Counted from the stretch's first letter, positions 1 to 10,419 are shown. The stretch: DNA of 64,000 nucleotides from Candidatus Peribacteria bacterium (GCA_943356465.1 CALREX010000004.1:112448-176447); one strand, 5' to 3'. The notes: generated by a model not told the origin, from the sequence alone. Numbers and translations: made by a program.

Positions 1-17
1 ACATCACATACGCAGAT

Positions 18-1244
18 TTGATGAGATCAACATCAGAAATAGAAAAACAAATGCAAGATACAGCAGGAATTATTACTGCCTACATTTTCGAAATGGCCGC
101 AAAATCAAGCGATGGAAAACTTTCACCTGAAGCATTAGCGGAAATAAAATACAGCATAAATAAAAATGCAGTAAAAATGGCAGAGATGGCAATGAAGCAA
201 AAAGATGCACCGGAGCTTGTAGAAGCAATGAAATTCGTTCTCAAAATTGAAAAAATTGATAAGGTGAAAGTATTTGATACACTGTCAAAAATAATATTTG
301 GAAAATCTGATTTATCAGCTTATGCATGGACAGTTCTTTCATTTATGGATGAAAATTCACAGATTGAATTTGGCAAATTTTACATAGAAAAAAATAAATT
401 AAGTCCTGTAGATGCACAGAAATTTTTAGATACATGGAGTGTGCAGGGAAATATAAGCATTGAAACCATGAGAAAGATTCTTGCAAACTCAAAAATAGAC
501 ACAAAAGCATTTGAGCAAAAAGCTCAGGAATATGCCAGAAATTGGAAAGCAAAAAATGATTTTGTTGAGAAAGCAAAACAGATGGCTGAAGTATCTTATG
601 GTGCAACAAATCAAGCCACAGATATGATGACTCCGACAGGCGTTTTGACATTCATGGCAAATGTCTGGTCGGTCGGCACAATAGCGCTAAACGTAGGGAC
701 TACGGTGTTTTACGGAGGAAAGATAAATAATCCGGAATTTATAATAGGGTCACTTGCAGAAAACCCATGGTTCATCACCGGTATCGGCACATTGGCAGCA
801 ATAAAAGCTACAGAAAAGGGAGGTATTGGCTCTGCACTGAGATCAAAAGAGGAAGTGCAAAATCAGGAAGAAGCATCGGCTAAAAAAGAATTCAAATATT
901 TGGTCGCTGGAAATCTTGAACTTGAAGCATTTCTGAAATCAGGAAACACATACGAAGGATCGAGGAAATTCTTTGATTATTTGCAGTATGTTCGCAGAGA
1001 AAAAGGAAGTGAAGATATGCCATTTCCTGAAAAAGAGATGACAAAATCAGCATTTTTGAAATGGCTAAGCTCAAATTTTGCAAAAGCAAATTCAGCAGAA
1101 CAAGACAAGATTTTAATCGTAATGAAAGCACTGCAAAAAAACAAAATATCAGATAAAGAATTTTACAGACTTGCAGTCCCATTCGATAAATTGGCTATAG
1201 GAGGAATCGAAGCCGAAAAAAATTATCTTAAAGCACTCGCATAA
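18..1244 (+). CDS. hypothetical protein, possibly 5'-truncated by the window edge; first gene of a 4-gene block
   Basis: The frame is open back to the window edge, with no in-frame stop upstream of TTG18/ATG21. Stop TAA 1242-1244 abuts the ATG of the next gene. Two hydrophobic segments are present (GVLTFMANVWSVGTIALNVGTTVF, WFITGIGTLAAI). No family recognised. Confidence 0.6.
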   Translation: MMRSTSEIEKQMQDTAGIITAYIFEMAAKSSDGKLSPEALAEIKYSINKNAVKMAEMAMKQKDAPELVEAMKFVLKIEKIDKVKVFDTLSKIIFGKSDLSAYAWTVLSFMDENSQIEFGKFYIEKNKLSPVDAQKFLDTWSVQGNISIETMRKILANSKIDTKAFEQKAQEYARNWKAKNDFVEKAKQMAEVSYGATNQATDMMTPTGVLTFMANVWSVGTIALNVGTTVFYGGKINNPEFIIGSLAENPWFITGIGTLAAIKATEKGGIGSALRSKEEVQNQEEASAKKEFKYLVAGNLELEAFLKSGNTYEGSRKFFDYLQYVRREKGSEDMPFPEKEMTKSAFLKWLSSNFAKANSAEQDKILIVMKALQKNKISDKEFYRLAVPFDKLAIGGIEAEKNYLKALA

Positions 1245-3974
1245 ATGAAAAATAAAATACTACAAAAATCGATTATCACGCTGGTTATAGCATTTATATC
1301 CATAGTTTCATTTGGAGGGACAAATACATCTAAAACAGCATATGCAGTGGAACCTGCAAAAACAACAAAAGAACTTTGTGAAGGCCTAACCCCTGCAGGC
1401 ACATACAATCCGGATGGTTCGTGTTTTATTCCAAATGCAAAAGACTGTAGCACGCTCGGAGCGGATTATGAAGAAAAATCTCCGGCAGATGCAACAGGAA
1501 TAGTTTGTAAAAAATCAGCAGTCGGTTCAACCGCAAATGCAGAAAAGGAAAAAGTATTGAAAGAAAGGATGTATATAATTATTGAAATTCAACAATGGTT
1601 AAATACTGTTATTTGGCCTGTTCTTGTGATGATAGGGGATTTGATGAACAACAATATTCTTTTTGGGGCAGGCATGGACGAGAGACTTCGTGAAATATGG
1701 ATTCCGGTAAGGAATTTGATAAATCTGTTTTTTGTGCTGGCAATGGTTGCAATAGCAATCTACAACATTCTTGGAATCGGTGAGGACAACGATGCATATT
1801 CGATCAAACAAATTCTTCCAAAAATGATTATCGCAATAATCGCGGTAAATTTTTCATTCATCGGAATAAAAGTATTTCTGGACGGAATAAACGTGTTGAC
1901 CACATCTATTTTTGCACTACCGGATCAGGTAAAAGAAGGACTTGGAGACATAACTCAGCAAGAGGCAATGGTACAAAGATTTTGTCTTGGAACAATGGGC
2001 AAAACGATAGATAAGGTCGACATCACAGGCAATACAGAATCAGGACTGGATTTAGCTTCCTACAAAGTTGTTATCTTAAATTTTGCAGAAAAAAACACAT
2101 TTTTAATCCAACCAGAATATACGATTGAGCAATTAAAAGGAGATTTAGGATTATCAAATTTATCAGCAACAGAGTTAAACAAAATAACAAGTACGTATTT
2201 TAAATCAGAAGGACAATCAAAATTAGCAAAAGAATTTGTTGCAGCAGAAGAAAATCGCATCTGTACAAACGACGCAAAACTAACCCCTCGCGGAAAAGCA
2301 TTCCTTACAAAATACAACAGTTCAAATGCAGCGCTTGCAATGGCACTCAATATGTCGAAAATAGTTTTCTATCAGGAGATAGATATCACAACACTCACAG
2401 AATCGAATATTTCAAAATTATTCATAAACACAATATTTTCTGTAGCGATGTACTTGATATACGTCGTGTCATTCTTGGCACTTTTTATAGTACTTTTGGC
2501 TCGTCTTGTAGTTCTATGGCTCGGAGTCGTAGCCTCACCGGTTATAATCGTATCGATGGTATTGCCGGTATTTAAAGAAAAACTTGGATTTGGAGAACTT
2601 GTAGATAAATTCGTACAAAACGCAATAGCTCCGATCATGATAGCCCTTTCCATGACAGTTGGATGGATAATGCTTAGGGCAATACAAAATGTAAATATAT
2701 TAAGCAGTGATGCTGTAAAGATTACAAACGGAATTCCAGTAGCCGGACTAAACACGATTCAGGATTTGATAGTGGCATTGGGCACAGTAGGAGTCATCTG
2801 GATGGCTGTATCATCTGCTGCAAACAAATCAATCGCAGAACCTATCACCAAATCACTTTATGGAGCTTTGGGCCAGGCAGGCTCATTTGTTGGCAATATT
2901 GCATGGAAACATGCGCCTCTATTCCCAGTATCAATCCCTGGTCAACCTGATAAGATCATGGCAACACCTGAAATCCTTGGAAAAGTATTAGACAATGCGG
3001 AATATTCATATAAAAAGAAACAATTGGATAAAGCGGACATGGTATCTGAAGCTCTCGGCTTTAAAGAAAAAGGAGTAAAGCAATTTGACGACATTGTACA
3101 TGCAAAGAACACAAAAGAAGCTCTTGGCATAATGAGTAACCCAAACAATGAACGGGCTATAATAAACGGAAGCAAAGGAGAAATAGACGACAAGATCAAT
3201 GAGTTCAATAAAAGATATGGTGGTAAGTTTTTCAATGATCTTAATAATGGTGGACAGGAAAGTAGAAAGCTTAAAGATTTAATAGAAGCCTTAAATAAGG
3301 AGACTGATGAATCAAAGAAGAAAGATATCAGAGAGAAGATAGCCAAGCATCTAAAAACGTACGGTAATGAGATACAAAAAGAACAGGATGCAAGAGAAGC
3401 TGCAGAGGCGGGAACTTCACCTGCTGCAGGAACACCAGCAGCTGCACCACACGCCTTCACAGAACATGACAAGGTTGGAGGAGCGGATATTGGAGCGGCC
3501 AATGTCGCAAAAATGACAGATGCTACCGCAGCTTTAACAAAAGCATTACATGACAAAACTAAAGGAGAAGCAGACATAAAACCTCTACTTAAAGCCTTCG
3601 AAGTAAATGGTCATAAGCCTACAGCAGCAGAACTTAAGGCGTTCATAACAGATCCAGAATCAAAGAAAAGGCTTCAGGAGATATTCGGTGACGATGCAAA
3701 AATCAAGGCCGCAATCGATGCAGCAAAGACAGACAAAGTCGCTGGAGCACCGGAAAAACAATTCGCACAGGGAGGCGTTACCGCACAGCCTGGAACACAA
3801 GGCACAGCTCAATTACCTGGCACGCCTGCACAAACACAAACAGGAACATCAATTCCAGGTGCAGGAGTAGTTCAGTCAAACATAGCACGTGCAGGTGAAG
3901 AACGTAAGCAACCAAACGAACCGATAAAACCAGAAGATAAAAATCAGACTGGCACACAGACAGGAACGGTATAA
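1245..3974 (+). CDS. large polytopic membrane protein with signal-like N-terminus and long hydrophilic tail (function unknown; VirB6/TrbL-like topology only)
   Basis: 909-aa ORF. The N-terminal hydrophobic leader ends in AYA. A Cys-containing segment follows (CEGL..SCF..DCS..VCKK). There are two clusters of hydrophobic helices (roughly aa 115-215 and 390-530) separated by a soluble loop. The ~370-aa charged tail ends in A/G/T/Q/P low complexity. The ATG immediately follows the upstream stop. Confidence 0.75.
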   Translation: MKNKILQKSIITLVIAFISIVSFGGTNTSKTAYAVEPAKTTKELCEGLTPAGTYNPDGSCFIPNAKDCSTLGADYEEKSPADATGIVCKKSAVGSTANAEKEKVLKERMYIIIEIQQWLNTVIWPVLVMIGDLMNNNILFGAGMDERLREIWIPVRNLINLFFVLAMVAIAIYNILGIGEDNDAYSIKQILPKMIIAIIAVNFSFIGIKVFLDGINVLTTSIFALPDQVKEGLGDITQQEAMVQRFCLGTMGKTIDKVDITGNTESGLDLASYKVVILNFAEKNTFLIQPEYTIEQLKGDLGLSNLSATELNKITSTYFKSEGQSKLAKEFVAAEENRICTNDAKLTPRGKAFLTKYNSSNAALAMALNMSKIVFYQEIDITTLTESNISKLFINTIFSVAMYLIYVVSFLALFIVLLARLVVLWLGVVASPVIIVSMVLPVFKEKLGFGELVDKFVQNAIAPIMIALSMTVGWIMLRAIQNVNILSSDAVKITNGIPVAGLNTIQDLIVALGTVGVIWMAVSSAANKSIAEPITKSLYGALGQAGSFVGNIAWKHAPLFPVSIPGQPDKIMATPEILGKVLDNAEYSYKKKQLDKADMVSEALGFKEKGVKQFDDIVHAKNTKEALGIMSNPNNERAIINGSKGEIDDKINEFNKRYGGKFFNDLNNGGQESRKLKDLIEALNKETDESKKKDIREKIAKHLKTYGNEIQKEQDAREAAEAGTSPAAGTPAAAPHAFTEHDKVGGADIGAANVAKMTDATAALTKALHDKTKGEADIKPLLKAFEVNGHKPTAAELKAFITDPESKKRLQEIFGDDAKIKAAIDAAKTDKVAGAPEKQFAQGGVTAQPGTQGTAQLPGTPAQTQTGTSIPGAGVVQSNIARAGEERKQPNEPIKPEDKNQTGTQTGTV

Positions 3975-3984
3975 AATATAAACA

Positions 3985-6900
3985 ATGAATACAAAGCAAG
4001 ATCCACAAGCAGGAAAAACACAAGAATCTCTAGAAAGGGCGGAGGAAACTCGTATTCTCGATGAGATAAAAACGGCTGATGGTAAATCAGCGGAATTTTC
4101 ACATTCGGCAAAAATTGCACAAAAACTTGAAAAAGGCGAGCTGGATCTTACTCGTGACGAAAGAATGAAACTTCGTGACACACTGAAAGACAGAAATAAA
4201 ATGAAGGAAAAACCATACGAGCACTTCATGGAAGCGCTTGCAGATGGCAAATTCCCAAAAAAAGGAAAACGTGCGATGAGATTTTTAGAAGCGATTGAAG
4301 AACCGGATGAAAAAGGAAAATCGTTAGAAAAACAAACATATGCAGGAAAAGAAGAAAGAGAATATGCTGCAGAGCTTTTGAAAGACCTTGCGAAAGCCGA
4401 AAATCCACCACTTTCAGAAAGATCTGAAATGGCATCGCTTGCAAAATTGGAAGAAATGAGACAAGCACAACAAGCCGAAAAGATGGAAACAGATAAAAAA
4501 GGTGAAGAAGAAACAGGAAAAGTCCGCGCAAAAGTTGAAAGCACGGCAAAAGTAGACGAAAAAGAATTGTGGAAAGTAGACCGTCCACCTGAAGGGCTTA
4601 TCGAAAATCTTGAAGCAATAGAGACGAAGATGTTTGCTCTGATGGATGAGTCGAATGCAGCACACAAAAAAGGTGAATCGACAGAAGAACTTGATGCTGA
4701 AATAGACAGATTGGAACTTGAAAGATTGCCATTTAGACAGCAATACATAAACTATTTGAGAAAAGCAGGAGAAAGATTTGATGCAATCCAAAGACTGGCA
4801 AGTCGTGCAGGAATGGATATGGAGCAAATTTCCAGACTTTTGATGTGGTCTATCGAACATGATGGATCAAAGGGTGCAAAAGTAGATGCAAAAACCGGAA
4901 AAGTCGAAAAAGCAAAAGAAACGATACAAATAAAAAGCATTTATTTTACTCAAGAAAAAGATGACAAGGGCCCCGAGTTTCCAGGAGAACTGAAAGTCGA
5001 ATATGTAAATGAACAAGGAAAAACAGAAACCGCAGGATACACAAATTTCCTGAGAATGTTGGACGCACTTGAAGTTCACAAAGATATAAAAACAATAGTC
5101 GATCTAAACAAAGAAATAGCTAAAAATACAGGATATGAAGGCATAAAAGCTGGACAGGTTTACAGAACAAAAGTCCTTGTAGACCTTACCGAAGGCGGAG
5201 AAAAAGTTTACGAAGAGGTGGAATTCAAAATTGAACAAGTAGATGAATCAGGCAAAGAACCACTGATAGTACTCGATCGCAATGTCACAAAAACACCGCT
5301 GGCATGGCTTTCTGACTCAGTTGATCCATCGCTTTATTTTAAAAGAACTCAAAAGGAATTTTCCGCTGGGGAATTCGCAAAACTCGTAAAACAACATGGA
5401 TATTCGGTACACGTGGCACCTGAAGAAATGCAAGCAGCCATGGATAGAATGGCAAAAGCAAGAAGAGAAAGAGGCATGGAAATGAACGAAAGAGTAGCTC
5501 AGAGCCTGACAGGAAAGCCTGCTTCAGAAGTAAGCAAAAAAAGATATGAAAGTACTTTTGCGGCACCTGCTTCAACAAGTGGTGCAGTAAAAATTCCAAA
5601 TATAGGAGAAAGTTCACCTGTGGATTTTTATGATGCCGCTGCGGGAGGGAAAAGAGTCTTAGACGCAAAACTTACTGTAAAACCAAATCCACAAAAACCT
5701 GGAGAAAATATATTCGAAATTTCATATGCAGATACAGCAGAAAATGCCGCAAATCTGACAAGTTTATCAGGAATTCCTTTAGAAATGAAACGTGCAATCG
5801 GTCCTACATTTTTACCTGAACCACGGATTATACGACGTGAATTTTCGCCTTCTGCATTTATGGAACTCGCAGACAAAGGCGCAGTTGCACATGGACATGA
5901 AGAACATGGTCACGTTGAAGATCACGCACCTCATGCAGAAGAACATCATGAGGAAGAGCATGCACATGAACAACACGAAGAACATGGAGAAGAAGAAGGA
6001 CATGAAATGGCAAAACAACCATTTTATAAAGAAGCTGTAGCATTCGAAGAGGCATACAAAACAGGACTTCCGGCACACGGAACAACACAATCTTACGTAA
6101 GAACAGTTTGGAACAATACAAGATTTTTAAGTTTGGATGATCTATGGAAAATGGGCAAGACTTGTTATGAATATTACGAAAGAAGGTTTGAACAAAGACA
6201 AAAAAACAGATATGGAATAGTCGGTAAAGAACTTCCATTCTTTGGTTCGGAAATGCAACAGATTTCTCAGGCATCAAACAATGAACAAACAAACCATTTC
6301 AAGGAAGCACTTGAGAAAAGAGGTATTATCGCAATCAGAGAAAGACTAAGAATCACTTCAAATAAAGAAGAATTTAAAGCTTGTATCTTGGTACTCGTAG
6401 AAAAAGGAATGATGATGTGGCATGACGTGGCACTCTGGAAAAACATGAATAAATTCGTGAAACCAGGGAAAGAAGTACCGGTGCCTGAAAATGGCAACCC
6501 TTACACACATATCAGTATTTCAGACAATAGAACGGGATATGATTTTGTAGAGCCTGCCATAGACTCAATTTGGGGAGACGGTTATTTTGGAGAATGGTAT
6601 TCAGAAAACAAAAATCACTATGATAGCCATGCAAAAGGCTTCTACACTGAGGGTAAAGAGTTGGAAGGAGTCGACGGAGGACATGCCAGAAAACTATCTC
6701 AACTTCTACATCATCATAAAGAAGGAAATTTCGTTGACCCTATGGAATATGAAGGTTTGTTGTTGCATGCTATCGAAGCGGGAAAAGCAGGAATGGAAGA
6801 TAAAATTTATTACCTTGTAGAAGGAGTCGCGGCAAAAAACAAAAAAGGGGAAACAATTTTGACGCTTGATAGAATGGCTCACGTAAATGGAGAAATGCTT

Positions 6901-7806
6901 GGAAGATTTCCACTTTTGGAATACATGTGTGCAAATGCACCACGTCCGCCTGATGGACTGGAAACTTCAAGATTTACGTTTGAAGATTATGAAAGATGGG
7001 CCAAATGGTTTGATGCCGGACACGACCATCCGGGTCATCCAAATACTGAACCTACAAAAGCAGTGAACGATTTTCTATGGAAATATGCACTTCCAAGTGA
7101 TAACACTCAAAATCGTATCAATAAAGTGGCAAGATCTATTGAAAACGTAGACCATGATGATCTATACGCATACATTCCTCCTGCTACAGATGACGTACTT
7201 ACGGATATATGTAAAACAAACGTTGGAGGCAGAAAAGGAGCGACAATCGAAGGATATGCGAATGTATTCCCTGGATTTAGCCAATATATGAAATCGTTAA
7301 GCCAACATGGATATAAAGATAAACTTGCTGAAGCGGTGAAATCTTATGTCAGATTTGAAGGAATCATGACAAACAAATTTGAGAAGCAAGTAGATTCCGC
7401 ACATGACGCATTTCAGAGAATGGGAGATAAGACATTAAACAGTTCTACAATCTGTTCGGATGAACCGCCATCATTATTTATTGGTGAAATGAATCAGGTA
7501 ATAAAACAAATTGTAGCAGCTTATGGAGATTCAGAACTTAGCTCTATTCTAAGCGACATACAGGATCTTCGAGTAGGGGATATGAGTAATCCGGACGAGA
7601 AGAGAAAGCAAGATAGAAAAAATTATGCTTATCATGAATTCGGTAAAGTTTTCAGTAGAGTTACGGAATCAGATGGACAGGCAAAAATGCTGCAAATAAT
7701 GCAGAATGCAAGCTTAACAGGAATGGGATACATCCCCGCCGCGGAAAAAGCTCGTCGTAGAGCAGAACGACACGGCGAAGCTCCGGCAGGTGGTGGTCAT
7801 CATTAA
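3985..7806 (+). CDS. large hypothetical soluble protein (1273 aa) with charged N-terminal third and an internal His/Glu tract
   Basis: Uninterrupted 3.8-kb ORF starting 10 nt after the upstream stop. The N-terminal ~250 aa are K/E/A-rich and coiled-coil-like. A His/Glu tract lies at nt 5890-6006. The C-terminus ends in GGGHH. No P-loop or other catalytic motif recognised. Confidence 0.75.
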   Translation: MNTKQDPQAGKTQESLERAEETRILDEIKTADGKSAEFSHSAKIAQKLEKGELDLTRDERMKLRDTLKDRNKMKEKPYEHFMEALADGKFPKKGKRAMRFLEAIEEPDEKGKSLEKQTYAGKEEREYAAELLKDLAKAENPPLSERSEMASLAKLEEMRQAQQAEKMETDKKGEEETGKVRAKVESTAKVDEKELWKVDRPPEGLIENLEAIETKMFALMDESNAAHKKGESTEELDAEIDRLELERLPFRQQYINYLRKAGERFDAIQRLASRAGMDMEQISRLLMWSIEHDGSKGAKVDAKTGKVEKAKETIQIKSIYFTQEKDDKGPEFPGELKVEYVNEQGKTETAGYTNFLRMLDALEVHKDIKTIVDLNKEIAKNTGYEGIKAGQVYRTKVLVDLTEGGEKVYEEVEFKIEQVDESGKEPLIVLDRNVTKTPLAWLSDSVDPSLYFKRTQKEFSAGEFAKLVKQHGYSVHVAPEEMQAAMDRMAKARRERGMEMNERVAQSLTGKPASEVSKKRYESTFAAPASTSGAVKIPNIGESSPVDFYDAAAGGKRVLDAKLTVKPNPQKPGENIFEISYADTAENAANLTSLSGIPLEMKRAIGPTFLPEPRIIRREFSPSAFMELADKGAVAHGHEEHGHVEDHAPHAEEHHEEEHAHEQHEEHGEEEGHEMAKQPFYKEAVAFEEAYKTGLPAHGTTQSYVRTVWNNTRFLSLDDLWKMGKTCYEYYERRFEQRQKNRYGIVGKELPFFGSEMQQISQASNNEQTNHFKEALEKRGIIAIRERLRITSNKEEFKACILVLVEKGMMMWHDVALWKNMNKFVKPGKEVPVPENGNPYTHISISDNRTGYDFVEPAIDSIWGDGYFGEWYSENKNHYDSHAKGFYTEGKELEGVDGGHARKLSQLLHHHKEGNFVDPMEYEGLLLHAIEAGKAGMEDKIYYLVEGVAAKNKKGETILTLDRMAHVNGEMLGRFPLLEYMCANAPRPPDGLETSRFTFEDYERWAKWFDAGHDHPGHPNTEPTKAVNDFLWKYALPSDNTQNRINKVARSIENVDHDDLYAYIPPATDDVLTDICKTNVGGRKGATIEGYANVFPGFSQYMKSLSQHGYKDKLAEAVKSYVRFEGIMTNKFEKQVDSAHDAFQRMGDKTLNSSTICSDEPPSLFIGEMNQVIKQIVAAYGDSELSSILSDIQDLRVGDMSNPDEKRKQDRKNYAYHEFGKVFSRVTESDGQAKMLQIMQNASLTGMGYIPAAEKARRRAERHGEAPAGGGHH

Positions 7807-7890
7807 AAAACCACTTTAAAAAACAATCTTATCGAGTGTTGACTTTTTAGCCATAAAATGTTTTCATTGCAAGCCTAAATACCATAAGCA

Positions 7891-10419
7891 ATGGAAATGG
7901 ATCAAACCAAATTTCATTCAAATTACAGTGTCCAAACAGAAGGTGACGATTTAAGGCCTAACTTTCAGGAGATTACTGCTTTGGCTAGTGATATAGCGGC
8001 GGATTTAATAGGGGCGCTGCGCATAGCAGGCAGAAAATTTGTACTTAGAACAGTGGATACAGTAGATAGATTTGCCGATAAAAAAGAAGCACCCCATACT
8101 GTGACGGGCAGCATTGGCCAAATGGCAGCACAAGAAGCAAGACGTGCCATAGAATTGGCAAAAGAGTTAAAAATGATTGATAAAATAAATATAACAAAAC
8201 TGCCAAGATTACTGGACGATGATGAAAAAGATTTTCAATTAAAAGCAGATACAGTAGACATATTGGACTCAAGAATGGGTATAATTTCTCCATTTTATGA
8301 TCTTATAGTTTTTATTTCAAATAGAGGGTTTGACCAAAGAGTTGATCCAGCAAGACTTACAAAATTTTTTGAATCAGAAAAAATATTGAGACTACTTTTA
8401 AATCAAGTATTTAGCGAAGAAAATTCCAGATACAGAGGGCCAAATGTATTAGCAGTGGCAGGCTCAATGATAGGGGCTGTATCGGAAAAATTAAGATCAA
8501 TAGCAAACAAAACAAACAAGATACAAATAGATGACAAAACAAAGGAAGATCTTGATAGAAAACTCAATAAATTTAAAGAAAAATATAAACCTGAGAGCAA
8601 ATATACAGTCTCAGCATTTGTAGGAAAGCTAAAAGCACTATATCAGGACTATGATTTAGTTCCATGGCTTGAGGAACAAATACCATTTTTTATCGAAATG
8701 CTAAGGGGATATAAGATTGAAACAGCGGAAGATGGAAGTGAGTTAAAAAAAGTCACAGGCATTCAACACATAAAAAATATGGTGCATGGCGCATATGAAG
8801 ATAAAACAAAAACTCAGAATTTACATGAAGAATTTATTAGAACTCACATGGGTCGTTTTTTCATTACCATAAGACAGGCGGAAATTATGCGGACAAGAGT
8901 GAATACAAAAGAAATACCATGTTTCTTGATTGATACACAAGAATTAACAAAATTTTTCAGAAAATTAAAAAAGGTAAAAACACGTGAAATAGGGGAAGGA
9001 CAAATGATAGATATGATCATCAGAATCTGTCTTGAAGAAACACAAAAACATGGAAACACTCAAAACGGAATAACCATCATGGTACACAACGATACGACTG
9101 CAGAAACATTCACAATAAAAGACACAAAAGATATTCAAGGACAAATAACAGGAATAATAGATGAAGCGATAAATGTAAGTTCTCCTCACATAAACACACA
9201 AAATTTATTAGTAAATCCAGAGGGCAATCCTGAACGTATAATAAGTGAACATGAAAGAATATTTAATCAAAACGGAGAAATAAACCAAAGAGCATACAAT
9301 GCAATGCTGAGAAGTATATTTGAGCACAAAGAAGAAGATCAAGAAAAACCAGAAAGAATGGAGGTTATCAGATCACGTATCGGTGAACTATTTAATGAAG
9401 TAAACGAAATACTTAAAGATATTTTTGGTGAAACAGAAATAACAATACCAAAAGAAATAGAAGATATTCTTGGGGTAAATGATTATTCAGAACTTATAAA
9501 TGTATCGCTAAAAGAAAAAGATAAAAGGAAGAGATATGCTGCAAGGCTCAAGATAGAGCTTACTTGGCTTACATATAGAGCTTCCCACATGCCAAGGTTT
9601 GTTTTTAAAGACAGCGATGCCCAAAAAATACAACTAAAAATGGAAGCGACACAGGAAGATATACAAATTGATGATGACTGCGAAGTAAAAATAATAAAAT
9701 TTGTAGATTGCAAAGATAAAGATCCACAAATAATACAAGATAAAGTAGACGTTGATGAGTTGGATTATGATGACGGAGCAATAAGAATTGGTGAACTAAA
9801 ACTAATTCCAGCACAATTTGCAGGGCAGGATTGTTATTTATTACATAATGGTAATGACAAAACTCCTAAGGGATATATAAATCTCAAATCTTTAAGGAGC
9901 TTGGTAATAAACAGAATACGGGCAAGAAGTACGACTCTTGAAGAAATTTCAGACATGGCAAGAATGACATTTGTTGTAAAAGGCATGGAGCAACTAAAAG
10001 ATCTAAAGGAAGCCATTAGTACAACACATGCAAGTCTTGGAAGATTAATAGAAGTTGAAGACACATATACAGAAACTCAGGAAAATGGTGTGCAATTTAC
10101 AGGTGAAAATGAAAGCAAGTCAAAAGCATATAGAACATTGAAATATGTCTCATACGTACCAATTTTCAACGACGAAAAACTATATATAGTACAGTTTGAA
10201 ATGAGAGTAATCCTGCTGGAAGATGCAATCAAAGAAAAAAGTGAATATCATGAAATAGGACATAAAGCATATGAATCAAGGCGTGGTCTTGCATGCATCC
10301 CTATCATTGCGCCAAAGAGTATATTCCCTGAATTATACGAAGAAGAAAAAGATCCGGATGATCTCTCAGATGAAGTAAACATAAGAGTAAAAAGGGCTCT
10401 TACTAGTACGGCTTCTTAA
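7891..10419 (+). CDS. hypothetical 842-aa protein with C-terminal RelA/SpoT-like (RSH-fold) nucleotidyltransferase-like domain
   Basis: Long ORF, last of the co-directional block. The C-terminal ~110 aa follow the spacing of RSH synthetase motifs: R.R.RS..LEEISDMARMTFVV, AYRTLKYV, YIVQFEMRV, and HEIGHKAYESRR. Confidence 0.7.
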   Translation: MEMDQTKFHSNYSVQTEGDDLRPNFQEITALASDIAADLIGALRIAGRKFVLRTVDTVDRFADKKEAPHTVTGSIGQMAAQEARRAIELAKELKMIDKINITKLPRLLDDDEKDFQLKADTVDILDSRMGIISPFYDLIVFISNRGFDQRVDPARLTKFFESEKILRLLLNQVFSEENSRYRGPNVLAVAGSMIGAVSEKLRSIANKTNKIQIDDKTKEDLDRKLNKFKEKYKPESKYTVSAFVGKLKALYQDYDLVPWLEEQIPFFIEMLRGYKIETAEDGSELKKVTGIQHIKNMVHGAYEDKTKTQNLHEEFIRTHMGRFFITIRQAEIMRTRVNTKEIPCFLIDTQELTKFFRKLKKVKTREIGEGQMIDMIIRICLEETQKHGNTQNGITIMVHNDTTAETFTIKDTKDIQGQITGIIDEAINVSSPHINTQNLLVNPEGNPERIISEHERIFNQNGEINQRAYNAMLRSIFEHKEEDQEKPERMEVIRSRIGELFNEVNEILKDIFGETEITIPKEIEDILGVNDYSELINVSLKEKDKRKRYAARLKIELTWLTYRASHMPRFVFKDSDAQKIQLKMEATQEDIQIDDDCEVKIIKFVDCKDKDPQIIQDKVDVDELDYDDGAIRIGELKLIPAQFAGQDCYLLHNGNDKTPKGYINLKSLRSLVINRIRARSTTLEEISDMARMTFVVKGMEQLKDLKEAISTTHASLGRLIEVEDTYTETQENGVQFTGENESKSKAYRTLKYVSYVPIFNDEKLYIVQFEMRVILLEDAIKEKSEYHEIGHKAYESRRGLACIPIIAPKSIFPELYEEEKDPDDLSDEVNIRVKRALTSTAS
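9900..10290 (+). other. RelA/SpoT-like nucleotidyltransferase-like domain region within the 842-aa protein
   Basis: Pattern match by eye to the PF04607-type layout. A basic R/K-S segment is followed by D-x-x-R on a beta strand (DMARMTFVV, D at nt 9952). Then comes an aromatic-R-x-L (YRTL, cf GYRSLH), then E-x-R on a strand (FEMRV, cf EIQIRT), then H...H.AY (cf H..YK). Remote and unverified. Confidence 0.4.

Noticed and set aside
3876-4748. 290-aa minus-strand ORF, and neighbouring minus-strand ORFs across 3778-6292
   Set aside because: The Ser/Phe/Cys-rich translation is the antisense shadow of the K/E/A-rich (GAA/AAA/GCA) region of the 1273-aa plus-strand gene. There is no start context or operon logic.
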